DNA of 63,897 nucleotides, filler included, from Octopus bimaculoides (GCF_001194135.2; 3 parts of 3 records of this genome joined end to end with filler, not necessarily neighbours in it); one strand, 5' to 3'; positions 12,983 through 26,369 are shown, counted from the first letter of the whole stretch. Numbers and translations are program-made. The notes: a model not told the origin generated them from the letters alone.

Positions 12983-14792
12983 ATGTATCTTTTGAACTTT
13001 TTTACCTTTGTATATACAAACGTGTGTGTGTATGTGTGTATATATATATATATTATATCCAGCGATCCCCTTTTTTGTATCCTCCCCCACCCCTATTCTT
13101 ATTGTCTCTCCCTCTCTCTTTTTCCCTTCCTCCTCCCACCACCAATGTTTGTTTTTTTTTAATCGGGGCCTCTTCTACTTTAGAGTTCTAATAAATCTAA
13201 GCTGTGATCACGTGCGTACACGCGCGCTTTCCCCCTCATTTAATCGCGCGCGCGCACTGACATAAATAGAAAGAAATGTATGGAGAATGTGTTGCGTGAA
13301 GGATATATATATATATATTTATATATATATATGTATGTATGTATATATATATGCATACCTACACGAATGTACTTTCGTTGGACCTGTGTAGGTATGCTTA
13401 ATGTTTGTGTGTGTACGTACTCGCGTACGAACGAATACACGTAGGATCCAACGAGACGGAACCTTGACGTACTCATTTGCACTGTTACCAAACTGCAACT
13501 AAATTTATCCCTCAAATCACTCCCCAGCGTTTTATGAAACAAAAAAAAAAACACAAAAAAAAGGCGACGGTTACATTGGAATCTGATTCGTAGGTCCCGA
13601 GTTCTTTGTACACAGGAAAAAAGACGAGATGTGTGTGTGCGTTTGGGAATGTTCTTTGATCACTGGCCTTCGCCATCGGACCTGACCTCGGGCTAAACTA
13701 CAGCAACAGCGTGCACGCAAATACCTTCAGCCGTATGCATGCATCGTTCTTGCTGTTTTCTCTCTGTCTTACACAAATTCACTCGCACGCGTGCTTACAC
13801 ATATTTCTGCTTCATTTTTGTAGCGATATACATACATGCATTCGTGTGTGTGTGGGGGGGAACACTTGTCAATAGATATGTGCGCGCGCATGTGTGTGTG
13901 TGTGTACACACACCAACCCCCAAAGCTTTGTGAGTGGAATTGGTAAACGGCGTTTGTTTACGTTCCCATAAACTCAGCGGTTCGACGAAACACCGACAGA
14001 ATAAGTACTAATGTCGATTTGTTTGACTAAATCTTTCAAGGCGGTGCCCCAGCATGGTCGCAGTCCAATGACTGAAACCCGTAAACAGTAAAAGATGTGT
14101 ATGTGAATATGCTTACAATGTGTATCATGTAACGTGTGAATAGCTGTATGTTTGTGTGTACAGTGTATACCATTGTGTGCGTGTTGATAGAAACCGATAG
14201 GAGCTGATAAAATGTACCCTGTAATATCTCTCGACCCTTTGTTGCTTAGGCCCCATTATCAATCCTGATCTAGCAGATCTATGATCAAATGCATTCCAGC
14301 CATGACAGTCCAGTCATTTATTCAGACGTTGTATATCTAGGATTAAAATTACTGTTCCTTTTTTTTTTTTTTTTTGCACCCTTTAGCATTTAGACCAGCC
14401 ACACTCAGCCAAAATATTCTACTTGTCTTATATTCAAGCTAGCCAGATCTTGCCTCTCACACTTACCCTACAATGTCATTCTAAAGATAAACTGGTCACA
14501 TCGTTGAAATCTCAGCACAAGATTAACGACTGATTTGATTCAAAACAAATGTGAATAAATAAGCATCACGCTTGACAGATTGATCTCAATCTTAAAGGAT
14601 TAAAAGCAGTTGGATGTATTTGAAGGTCAAGGTTCTGGTGATCATGTAGAATCTGTATCATTGTCCTGGCTTTTGTGCTGTGAGCCATTGACTCTTGTCA
14701 GTAACAACTGTCTCTTTGCTGCCCAATGGTTAGATTTGTTGAATGTATAGGGAACTTTGAATATCTTTGCAGTTAGTTCTGTTGGTAATCCA

Positions 14793-15263
14793 CTTTTGCT
14801 GCCGCATGTCTCTAAGTCACTCTGATATAAAACCAGATATTCAGAGAATGGCATTGACCATTTTGGGGGTCTATTGTTTGTGCTTGAGATCATGGTACCT
14901 GTTGCACATTCTTGAGCCTGCAACCTGTACTGCACTTGAGATTTATTGCACCAGCAGTCAGCTTCACTCAAGTTCATGTCTGCAGCTTCTGTTCTCGCCT
15001 ACTTGACTAGGCGTTGGATAAGTTACCTCACCAGCAATAACGCAACCTGAAATTTTAGGTCCACTACGGCTTGCACGACACCTCTTGAATCCCTCTCCAC
15101 TCAGCTGACATGATCCAGTGACAAGCCAGGGCAAAGTATCCTATGCCAGTATAGGTTATAGGGCTCAGGAATGCGCACAGGTACCATGGTCTCTAGCAAA
15201 AGATCCCTAATGCCATTCTCTGAATATCTGGTTTTATATCTTAGAGACCTGCTTCAGCAAAAG
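14793..15263. repeat. Imperfect long inverted repeat
   Basis: GATATAAAACCAGATATTCAGAGAATGGCATT and CATGGTACCTGT...GAGCC are mirrored at about 15147-15263. Spacer ~210 bp. Confidence 0.8.
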
Positions 15264-15599
15264 TTAAGCAGTGCCTCACCCCCTAGTAGTCTTCCAGCAT
15301 GTTGGACACTGGCACAGAATTCCTGAGGGCCCGTGCTATGCATAGAGGGAGAATGTGTATATCTTTGTGTAGGTGATAGGGGTAAATGGCGAAATAGATC
15401 CAGTTGAGGGGTTTAAATTATAAGAGAATTGAATGATAATCACTGACATAGAGGATTCCTCATTGGGTGGATATATGGCTGCTGTTGAACTTCAAGTCAG
15501 CCTAAGTTACAATGAAAGCATTCCAGCTGTTTTCTATATACACTAATGTATTCTCTAATGTACACTTTCCTTTTTAAAGGTGTATGTTGTTGTTTGTTC

Positions 15600-15880
15600 C
15601 TTCTCAAGCCATGCCTGACTCATAAGGGCTGGTTTCATTGGCGCATAGGTTCCCCACCTGGACAAGACGCCAGTCCGTCACGGGTGAGCTGCTAGATGCA
15701 GGAGGAAAGACTGAGAGAAAGTTGTGGTAAAAGAGTCAGCAGAAGTTCACCATTAACTTCTGCTGGAGCCATGTGGATCTTGGGTGTTTCGCTCATAAAC
15801 ACACACACATCGCCCAGTCTAATTCTCGAACCCACGATCCCTCGACCGAGTCTGCATTTCTAACCACTAGGCTATGTGCC
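15600..15880 (-). mobile_element. tRNA-derived SINE-like element (third type)
   Basis: Minus strand reads TAGCCTAGTGGTTAGA (A box)...GGGTTCGAGA (B box), followed by a unique body. Confidence 0.55.
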
Positions 15881-16049
15881 TCCACATACATATATGTCAT
15901 TCAGTGCTCGAAATGAGGAGTAGATGGACAGCCGACAACTGATGAAGGGTCCTTCTTTATGTTACTTGTCCTGTTTTCCTTCTGTTTCTCTCATTTGTTT
16001 TTGGATTTCATGTTGTTTACAGTTTGTGATGTCCTGTACCCATATATGC

Positions 16050-16105
<56 letters not shown>

Positions 16106-16570
16106 ATGTACATATATATGTGTATATATGCATATAGATATAGATATGGTGGCGAGCTGGCAGAATCATTAGCACGCCAGGCAAAATGCTTAGCAGTATT
16201 TCGTCTGCTGTTACGTTCTGAGTTCACATTTCGCTGAGGTCAACTTTGCCTTTCATCCTTTCGGCGTCAGCTTTAAGAAAGGGCATCCAGCTGTAGAGAC
16301 CATGCTACATCAGCTCCCAGCTAGCCAGCTCCATATCAAGCCGTCCAACCTATGCCAGCAGGGAAAGCGGACGTTAAACAATGATGATGATGATGTCATA
16401 CATGTCCAAAGTGCTGCAATGTGAGATTGAACTTAAAACTGTTGTGAAACAATCCTTTTGACTTCATGTTAGTTCAAGTGAACTCTGTCTCACTCTCATC
16501 ATATCTTACTCTTTCACACACGCACACATAAACACACATTCTCACAAATTTTATTCAGCTTTGTCCAGAT

Positions 16571-16895
16571 TGGTGATTTTCAACTGGAGTCTATATGATC
16601 CCTCAGGGATCCACTTATGATTTTTTAGGGTTCATGCAATCAAAATAGTGAACCGGGGTATCCACAATACTCTGTTAAGGGCCCATGTAAAAATTTTGCT
16701 TTAGCTGTATTTATCGCAAGGAACAGCTAGATTTCTTTCTCAAACACATCACCTAGTTCAACGTACACAAGTTTGTGTGTAAATAACAGGACAGAAATTT
16801 TGAATGAAGTATCTATAAAGCTAGTGGTCCATAAGTGAAAAAAATAGTAGTCAAAGTGGTTCATAAGTTAAAAAAACAATGGTTGGTAACCATTG
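16571..16895. mobile_element. hAT-like MITE, degenerate
   Basis: Degenerate TIRs (TGGTGATTTTCAAC / GGTTGGTAACCATTG) flanked by GTCCAGAT / GTCTAGAT. Confidence 0.6.
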
Positions 16896-17737
16896 GTCTA
16901 GATACACAGTTTGGTCCACAGATGCCTGCTTCTATGGATTACCATTGGTTGTCTGTCAGTTGAAAGACTTACCATTTTGTCAGCTTTGCCTAGATTGGTG
17001 ATTTTCAATTTTTTTATCCGCCAGCAGCTTAGCTGGAGTTAAGTCAGTCGTCCATGTTGTCCCCTTTTTACTTGTCCTGCAAATGTAAAAAAAAAAAATA
17101 ATAACCTCTATGATCACCACAGCTGAGAGACAATGACCACATTTACACTGCAAGACCAAATCACTTTACATATATTCAATACATGTATCGAATGAACAAA
17201 AACACCTTGAATGCATCTCTGAGGACTGAGGACTGGCGAACCAGAAGGCTGCACCAGGCTCCAATCTGATCTGGCAGAGGGCGAGTCACGCAGTACTGGC
17301 AACGGTCATACTCAAAATGGTGTTTTTTACGTGCCACCTGCACAGGAGCCAGTCCAGCGGCACTGGCAACAACCTCGCTCAAATGTTTTCTCGCATGCCA
17401 CCGGCACAAGTGCCAGTAAGGCGACGCTAATATTATCTATAGCAGCAGTAGATGGCATACAGCAGGATTAGTACAGTCTCATACTAGAGGCTGTTGCTTG
17501 GCTGAGATTTCTTTGTGGTATGGATAGAGTTAAAATGGAATTTGTATCCTTAAACAATGCTAACGAGAATGGACATTCTTTTCTTACTCTCACAGAAGCA
17601 TTGAAATGGGTCTTTTTCCCTTTCTTGAAGCTGGTATCATTAGTTTCAGGTGCTACCTCAGCTGTGTGTGCGTTCACTGCAGTATCTGTGGCTTATGCTG
17701 TGAAATGACCTAATCTAGGTTAGGATTGGGTTTGAGG

Positions 17738-17958
17738 CAGTGGTTCTCAACCAGGGCCCACCTGACTCTTGTGGGACCATTGCTTATACTTCCACAATAC
17801 ACTAAATATTTTAACACTTTTTTTTTTAACACAATTCCTAACAATATTTATTTATAAACAACATAATGAAATTTTTCAAACATTGAATGGTTGTGAGGGT
17901 CCACTTAAGTAAAATAGGACCCTGATGGCCAAAGCTGAAAGACGGTTGAGAATAACTG
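17738..17958. mobile_element. hAT (Charlie-like) MITE
   Basis: TIR CAGTGGTTCTCAACC / GGTTGAGAATAACTG with TSD-like GTTTGAGG / GTTTATGG. Confidence 0.75.
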
Positions 17959-18470
17959 GTTTATGGTTAGACTGCATGCTAAAGTGTAAATGGTCAGGTA
18001 GACCACTTGTTAAATTGGCACTCTTTACTCTTTTACTTGTTTCAGTCATTTGACTGTGGCCATGCTGGAGCACCGCTTTTTTAGTCGAGCAAATCAACCC
18101 CGGGACTTATTCTTTGTAAGCCTAGTACTTATTCTATCAGTCTCTTTTGCCAAACCGCTTAGTGACGGGGACATAAACACACCAGCATCGGTTGTCAAGC
18201 TATGCTAGGGGGACAAACACAGACACACAAACATACATACACACACACACACACACACATATATACAACGAGCTTCTTTCAGTTTCCGTCTACCAAATCC
18301 ACTCACAAGGCTTTGCTTGGCCCGAGGCTATAGTAGAAGACACTTGCCCAAGGTGCCACGCAGTGGGACTGAACCCAGAACCATGTGGTTGGTAAGCAAG
18401 CAACTTACCACACAGCCACTCCTGCGCCTGATGTCGACATTTATAATCAACTCTTCCATCTCCTCTAGAG

Positions 18471-18747
18471 CAGTGCTTCTCAAAGTGCCAGTCCGTGAGC
18501 CATCAGCTGCCGGTATGCAGCCAGCAAGTTTCCAGAAAAGAAAGAAACATCATAAAATGCTTATGTAATATTGTATTATTTGTTTACAAAATAAATACGC
18601 GATAAAAAAAATTGTCAACTTTTATTATATTTGTTATATATATTGCTTCCAGTATAACTTAATATTACTAAGAAGTATTACTGGTCCCTGGCACATTGGG
18701 GGGGAAAAACTGCTGGTATGCCACATTAGACAGTTTGAGAAGCATTG
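18471..18747. mobile_element. hAT (Charlie-like) MITE
   Basis: TIR CAGTGCTTCTCAAA / TTTGAGAAGCATTG with 8-bp TSD CTCTAGAG / CTTTAGAG. Confidence 0.85.
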
Positions 18748-20644
18748 CTTTAGAGTATTCCATCTCTTGAAGAATACAGACAAGTTTGCTTTGCAATACA
18801 AAAATTGTCAAAGGATTTCTTGCAGTTCAAAACACCATTTGTAATCGCTATTTCATTGTGTGATGGAACTGTTTAATATCTTTTGATAACAATATTTTTA
18901 CATTTGTCATTGGGTTTTTTTTTTGTGTGCTTGAAATTGTGGTGAATGTCCTAGCTCAGCTGTGACAAAGGTGTGGAGTCTTTGTGAACGTAAATACTCA
19001 CACACATACACATGTGATCTGAATATGTCTGTTCAACTACATTTCCCAAGTGGAATATTTTATTCGACCACAACAGATGTAGGTGTGGCTGGGTGATTGA
19101 AAAGCTTGCTTTTCAACAACGTGGTTCTGGGTTCAGTCCTACTACATGGCACCTTGGGCGAGTGTCTTCTGCAATAGCCTCAGGCTGACCTAATCCTGGC
19201 GATCGAATTTGGTAGATGGAAACTGAAAGAAGTCCGTTGTATTTATGTATACATGGATGTATCTGTGTATTTGCTTGTCCCCCCCCCCACCATCACTGCT
19301 TGATAACCGGTGCTGGTTTGTTTACGTACTCGTAACCTAGCTGTTCAGTAAATCGAAAAAAAAAAACACAAGAGTACCTGGTTAAAAACAGAAAATAAGT
19401 ACTGGGGTCAATTCGACGAAACCCTTCGATGCACTGCTCCAGCATGACCGCAGCCCGTGACTGGAACAAGTAACGGTCAAAACGATACGTGCATGTATGT
19501 TTATTATTAGTAAGTGTGTTTAATTAAATATATATTTCTCGAGAAAATTAATTTTATGGTCACCTACCAAATATTTTCCACTTGTCCACAACCTACTTGC
19601 TACAGGTAAACACATCACAAGTTTCCTTACTTACTCAGTAAATTCTGCACTCTCACTTAAGTAGAACTTAATTTACTCAGTCGAATGGTTGTGTTGGGTC
19701 TGGGCTCGTACCGATAAGCCAACTAGCGGCAGCAGTTATTTGGTTATTTTAAAATAAGGGTGTTTTTAATCAGGGAGAAGTATTGTTTTTATTGTGTGTG
19801 TGATTTTGTTGGTTGATATGGTGAAAGATTTGCGGTACTTGTGTGTGTGGTATGACCATGTCCGTTAAGTACATGTGTGTTCAAATACACCACATTTCTA
19901 GTTAATTTCCTACAGGTATAAGGCGGCGAGATTGCACAATCGTTTGTTCAGGTAGGGCAAAATGCCTGGCGGCATTTCGTCCGTCTTTGCGTTCTGAGTT
20001 CAAATCCTACTGGGGTCGACTTCGCTTTTCGTTCTTTCGGGGGTCGATAAAATAAGTACCAGTCGAGCACTGNNNNNNNNNNNNNNNNNNNNNNNNNNNN
20101 NNNNNNNNNNNNNNNNNNGGGGGGGGGGGGGTCGATGTAGTCAACTTACTTTCTACCCCGAAATTACTGGCCTTGTGTCAAAATTTGAAACTGATTTCCT
20201 ATAGATATAGGTGCAGACGTGGTTGTGTGGTTAAGAAACCTGCCTCTCAACCGTTTGGTCTTGGGTTCAGTCCCACTGTATGGCACTTAGGACAATGTGT
20301 ATTAGTATATGGCGTCAGTCATGAATGTGTGTGTGTGTGTGTGTGTGTGTTCTGCTCTGTCGAGCAGAGGAAACAGTCACACAGTCATGACGTCATAGAC
20401 TTCTACCGAAGGATTTGGTAGGCAGAAACTGACAGAAGTCTGTTGTTGTGGTGTGTATCTTTGTATTTGTTTCCAACCGTTTTGAAAACTGGTGTTGGTT
20501 TGTTTACGTCTTCGTAACTTGGACATTTTCGGCAAAAAAAAGTACCAGACTTGAAAAACATAAACAAAAAAAAAGTACTAAGCTCGATTTGTTTGATTAA
20601 AAGCCCTGTGCTCCAGCAGGGCTGCAGTCCGGTGACTAAAACAA

Positions 20645-20681
<37 letters not shown>

Positions 20682-20685
20682 AAAT

Positions 20686-21072
20686 GCGCAGGAGTGGCTG
20701 TGTGGTAAGTAGCTTGCTTACCAACCACATGGTTCTGGGTTCAGTCCCACTGCGTGACACCTTGGGCAAATGTCTTCTAAAATAGCCTTCGGGCCGACCA
20801 AAGCCATGTGAGTGAATTTGGTAGACGGAAACTGAAAGAAGCCCGTCGTGTATATGTTTGTGTGTCTGTGTTTGCCCCCTCCCCACACCATCGCTTGACA
20901 ACCGATGCTGGTGTGTTTGTGTTTACGTCCCCGTCACTTAGCGGTTCGGCAAAAAGAGACCGATAGAATAAGTACTGGGCTTACAAAGAATAAGTCCTGG
21001 GGTGTCGATTTGCTCGACTAAAAAAGCGGTGCTCCAGCATGGCCGCAGTCACATGACTTGAAACAAATAAAA
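20686..21072 (+). mobile_element. tRNA-headed CORE-like SINE (family A), representative full copy. Others about 405-1110, 1275-1680, 4058-4383, 18024-18425, 19080-19480, 20210-20640, 22645-22866, 24970-25325, 25820-26195, 26643-27247, 40395-40590, 43803-44155, 44470-45120, 47972-48540
   Basis: A/B-box head GTGGCTGTGTGGTAAG...GGGTTCAGTCCC, CORE-like CCTTGGGCAAGTGTCTTCT, internal (TG/TA)n, and tail ...CCAGCATGGCCGCAGTCAAATGACTGAAACAAGTAAAAGA, repeated many times in the window. Confidence 0.9.
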
Positions 21073-21751
21073 GAATATATATATGTGTGTGTGTGGAAAG
21101 AAAGAGAAAGATGATGATGATGATTACGAGAGCCAGCAGTGAGATATTTCCCTTGTCTGTCTCTGAAAAAAAAAACTGTCTTAGAAGCTTTCATGTAGTG
21201 ATGATGATGATGTGTAGCTTAGATTCGCCACTTCACCATCCTTAGTCAGCTCCAACAGCAGAGAAACAAAACTTATTCTAACACAAAATAGATTTTAGTT
21301 TTAACTTAAAAACACTCACACACGTATATATGATGTGTGTGTATATTATCTTTATATGCGTGTGTGTATATATATATATATGGTGTATATATATGTGATG
21401 TATGTATATGTGTGTGTAACTATAATATTGGTTTATGGAGAAATATGGTAGTCATGTGCTTGGGTTTTTTTTTTTTTTATATTTTGGATGGACGTAAATA
21501 AGTTGAGTTTCACTTGCAAAGATTGAAGTCACACTCGGCAGACGAGTGCAGGCAGGACTCTCTCTCTCTCTGTCTCTTTCTCCCTCCCTCTCTCTTTCTC
21601 TCTCCCCCATCTCGCTCTCTCTTTCTATCTATCTATTTAAATATATACATATCAATGTATAGAAATGTGTGTTTGTATATAGTGTGTGTGTGTGATGTAT
21701 GTTGTGTACGTTTTGTGTATGTATGTATGTGTGTGTGTGTATATATATATA

Positions 21752-21973
21752 TACGAAGTGGTGCTGAAAAGTTCCTAGCTTTAAGGGTCTCGCGAAAGGC
21801 TTGGTTGGAGGCCCAACCTTCCGAGTTTTTTTACAGGGCTTAGAAAAACTGAAGGGCCACTGCAATAAGTGTGTGATTCTGAGAGGGGGAATATGTTGAA
21901 TAAAACCATAATTAGCTGATCCGCCTGTATTTTCTTTTACCCAAAGCCAGGAACTTTTCAGCAATCCTTCGTG
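21752..21973 (+). mobile_element. Mariner-derived ~220-bp MITE; further copies 33738-33964 (-), 48711-48931 (+), 56501-56704 (+)
   Basis: TIR ...GCTGAAAAGTTCCT / AGGAACTTTTCAGC. Retains the transposase C-terminus LQGLEKLKGHCNKCVILRGEYVE*. Confidence 0.85.
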
Positions 21974-23725
21974 TGTTTTGTGGAAATATATATATATATG
22001 TGTGTGTGTGTGTATATATATAAATAAACGTGCGCACGCACACACTAACACACTCTCTCTCACTCTCTCTCCCTCTCACTTTGTGTTGCTATTCTGTTCG
22101 ATATTAGTAAAACTAAGTAAGTATTTATCGATAATCACTGGATTCGTAAGTCACTGATGTCATCGGTCACGGGAAACGTGATGTTGTTTATGAAGTTGAT
22201 GCGTTCCACCCTATCATCAACGGCGCTTCTAACCGTGACCATCCATCTGACTGGCTTTATTTGATATTCTCCGAATACTACACTTGCATCTCTGTCGTCT
22301 TGATACAATATATCCCTCTTCTCCTTTTATTTATTTCAAAATTCTATCATTGAAACTGTTGCGTGTGATTTGAGGTGATGGAGGTACGGGGTGCCGATGT
22401 GGTTGCTATTTCTAGCAGGTGGAACTGCCGCATAGGGAAAGACGTTTTCGTGGGTGGGGGGGACTACGAATGATTGTTTTTGTTGTTTAGCACTGAGATC
22501 CAGCAAATCTATGTTCAAAGACAATCCAACCGTGATCATTCCGTCATTATTATTCGCGAATTATTATTATTATTATTATTTTCAAAGTGGCGAACTGGCA
22601 GAGTCGTTAGCACTCAAAATGCTTAGCGGCATTTCCTCCGCCCCTACTCTTTTACTTGTTTCAGTCATTTGACTGCTGCCATGCTGGAGCACCGCCTTTA
22701 TAGTCGAGCAAATCGACCCCAGAGCTTATTCTTTGTAAGCCTAGTACTTATTCTATCGGTCTCTTTTGCCGAACTGCTAAGTTACAGGGACGTAAACACA
22801 CCAGCATCGGTTGTCAAGCGATGGTGGGTGGACAAACACAGACATACAAACACACACACACACACANNNNNNNNNNNNNNNNNNNNNNNNNNNNNNNNNN
22901 NNNNNNNNNNNNNNNNNNNNNNNNNNNNNNNNNNNNNNNNNNNNNNNNNNNNNNNNNNNNNNNNNNNNNNNNNNNNNNNNNNNNNNNNNNNNNNNNNNNN
23001 NNNNNNNNNNNNNNNNNNNNNNNNNNNNNNNNNNNNNNNNNNNNNNNNNNNNNNNNNNNNNNNNNNNNNNNNNNNNNNNNNNNNNNNNNNNNNNNNNNNN
23101 NNNNNNNNNNNNNNNNNNNNNNNNNNNNNNNNNNNNNNNNNNNNNNNNNNNNNNNNNNNNNNNNNNNNNNNNNNNNNNNNNNNNNNNNNNNNNNNNNNNN
23201 NNNNNNNNNNNNNNNNNNNNNNNNNNNNNNNNNNNNNNNNNNNNNNNNNNNNNNNNNNNNNNNNNNNNNNNNNNNNNNNNNNNNNNNNNNNNNNNNNNNN
23301 NNNNNNNNNNNNNNNNNNNNNNNNNNNNNNNNNNNNNNNNNNNNNNNNNNNNNNNNNNNNNNNNNNNNNNNNNNNNNNNNNNNNNNNNNNNNNNNNNNNN
23401 NNNNNNNNNNNNNNNNNNNNNNNNNNNNNNNNNNNNNNNNGGGGTAAGGTTTGGCTGCTATTTCTAGCAGATCATAGTGGCTAGAATCTTTTCTGTTTTT
23501 TGGTCCTAGATCAGTCCTGAGACCTGGGCATTCCACTCATATGCATTTCCATCTTAGTGTATCTAAGTGTCAAATACACAATGTGTCCTTCATTTTATGA
23601 CTTTGGTGTAGATTTGGAAGTTATTTCTAGCAAATTTTCATGGCTATAGCTGTCAATTTCTCAGTCTTGAAATCAGAGATTAGTCCAAAAAGCAACCTTT
23701 TGTTACCGTATTTTGATTTCTTTAC

Positions 23726-23896
23726 CTGGTGGGGAAACATCGAATCTCTCCTCCCTGGCCACTGTGATGTTGATTACAATGGTTGTTTTTGTATTCCTGA
23801 AGAGCAGAAACTTGTCTGATTGGAATGATGTTATCACTGTCTCATTTAAGAAGACAAGTCTGCCCTTCGGTTTTCGTTCCCTGTTTGAGGCTAAAC
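23726..23896 (-). CDS. Candidate internal coding exon of an unidentified minus-strand gene
   Basis: 171 nt, symmetric phase 1-1, acceptor CTGTTTTCTATTTTAG|G, donor CCAG|GTAAAG. One open frame: GLASNRERKPKGRLVFLNETVITSFQSDKFLLFRNTKTTIVINITVAREERFDVSPP(G). No family recognised. Confidence 0.4.
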
Positions 23897-24127
23897 CTAA
23901 AATAGAAAACAGGTTCCTTTCCATTGCTTTTTGCTTTCCTTTATGACTAAAACACCATATGTAATGGGTCAATAGGTTTCTAATGTTCTTTTTAAAATCT
24001 AACCCTTTTGATATCAACCCTGTTTGACAGAGCCCTTAGTTCTATGATACAAACTGTACCTATATTAAAAGGAGTTGAATTAAAACTTTCCTTCAAAACT
24101 TCATGTTATTTTGTTTCAAACACCAGC

Positions 24128-24778
24128 TTAACCTTTTAGCATTTAAACCAGCCCTGTCCATCCCAAGTGTTCTACCTCTTTTATATTCGGACTGGCCAGA
24201 TCTGGCCTCTCACACCTACCCTATAATGTCATTCTAAAGATAAACAATTACATCATTGAAATCTCAAAGCTATGAGGTAATGCTTCGTTAATTCAAATTA
24301 ATGTGAATAAATAGGCATTACACTTGACAGAGTAATTTGAATGCTAAAGGGGTTTTAAACTAGCCATATTTGGCCCAAATATTCTTGTTTCATGCTCGAA
24401 TCAGCCAGATCCAGCCTTTCACGCCTACCCTACAATGTCATTCTAAAAATAAACAAGTCACGTCGTGGAAGTCTCAAAGCTGTAAGATAATACATTATTA
24501 ATTGGAAAACAATGTGAATAAATAAGCATTACATTTGACAAGGTGACCTGAATATTTAAAGGTTTAAACCGGCCATGTCTGGCCCAAATTATTAAACCTG
24601 TTTTACGTTCAAACCCGCCAGATCCAGCCTCTCACACTCACCTGACAATGCCATTCTTAAATTAAACAATCACATCATTAGAATCTCATAGCTACAAGAT
24701 AATGGGAGATTAATTCAAAAACAATGTAAATAAATAAGCAGGATATTTGATAGAGTAATCTGAATGCTAAACAATTAA
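24128..24778 (+). mobile_element. Three head-to-tail ~210-bp piggyBac-like MITE units; also 14378-14600, 42820-43060, 43575-43795, 53519-54192
   Basis: Ends CCCTTTAGCATT / AATGCTAAAGGG, often next to TTAA. Shared body ...GCCAGATCCAGCCTCTCACACCTACCCTACAATGTCATTCTAAA... Confidence 0.75.
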
Positions 24779-26369
24779 TTGTTTAACAGTCATTTTACTG
24801 TTTTACTGAAATACTCATTTAGTTTTTCAAAATTAACGGAAACGAAGGTGGGGCCATTTCAATAGATTTTTTTGGTAACAAAAGAGTTGACTTTCTAAAG
24901 CAGTTTTTTTTTATCAAACTTTCCACACAAAAGTGTGTCCATCATGTTTTATATATGACCTCTACTCTTTGCTCTTTTACTTGTTTCAGTCTTTTGACTG
25001 GAGCACCGCCTTTAGTCGAGCAAATCGACCCCAGGACTTATTCTTTGGAAGCCCAGTGCTTATTTTATCAGACGCTTTTGCCGAACCGCTAAGTTACGGG
25101 GACATAAACACACCAGCATCGGTTGTCAAGCGATGTTGGGGGGACAGACACAGACATACAAACACATACATATATACGACAGGCTTCTTTCAGTTTCCGT
25201 CTACCAAATCCACTCACAAGGCTTTGGTCGGCCCGAGGCTATAGTAGAAGACACTTGCCCAAGGTGCCACGCAGTGGGACTGAACCCGGGACCATGTGGT
25301 TGGTAAGCAAGCTACTTACCACACTTCATTTTTTTTTCTTCTGTTATTTAATTTCCCTCAGTGCAACATGAAGTGNNNNNNNNNNNNNNNNNNNNNNNNN
25401 NNNNNNNNNNNNNNNNNNNNNNNNNNNNNNNNNNNNNNNNNNNNNNNNNNNNNNNNNNNNNNNNNNNNNNNNNNNNNNNNNNNNNNNNNNNNNNNNNNNN
25501 NNNNNNNNNNNNNNNNNNNNNNNNNNNNNNNNNNNNNNNNNNNNNNNNAAAGGTCTTGGTGTGCAGAGCTATTGACCCAGTTTGGAATGAATACGTCCTT
25601 GAGCCAGGTCGGTGCTTCAGAGACAAGCTGTGTACAACAGCTTGCTGCAGGATGGGCTTTAAATGAGCCGCCATATCCTGGACTTCGCTTCCACGAAGAA
25701 GACACAGGCTCTTTTATTGGTGACTGCATCATGATCCAATGACACTTGATAGAAAGCAAACAAAAACTTTCATTTTGATTTCAAATGTGTGTGTGTGTGT
25801 GTGTGTGTGTGTATCTGTTATTCTTTTACTTGTTTCAGTCATTTGACTGCGGCCATGCTGGAGCACTGCCTTGAAGGATTTTTAGTTGAAGAAATCAACC
25901 CCAGCTAGTACCTATTGTATTGGTCTCTTTTACCAAATCATTAAGTTACAGGGACATAAACACACCAACATCGGTTGTCAAGTGATGGTGGGGACACATA
26001 CACACACACACACACATATACACACACATACACATGCACACACATGATCATCTTACGTCAGTTTCCGTCTACCACATCCACTCACAATGCTTTAAGTAGA
26101 AGATACTTGCCCAAGGTGCCATGCAGTGGGACTGAACCTGGAACAGTTAGTTTGGTTGGGAAGCAAGCTTCTTACCACATAGCCATGCCTGTGCCCATAT
26201 ATATATTTGGAATAAAGAATATGTAATTTTAAGGTCCAAGGTTCCAGGTATAAGAAATTAATAAGCTTCAAGCAGTCCTTAATAGGAATAAAAAAGCAAC
26301 TTTCAGGAACAATAATATTTTACATTATTTTACATTTGACAGATATTTGTCCTCATCTTGTTTGTTGTT

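Noticed and set aside
15905-15990. CTGATGAAGGG preceded by CGAAA
   Set aside because: No convincing stems I-III.
25550-25745. GC-richer segment with overlapping ORFs next to a gap
   Set aside because: No recognisable motif; possibly a TE fragment but unsupported.
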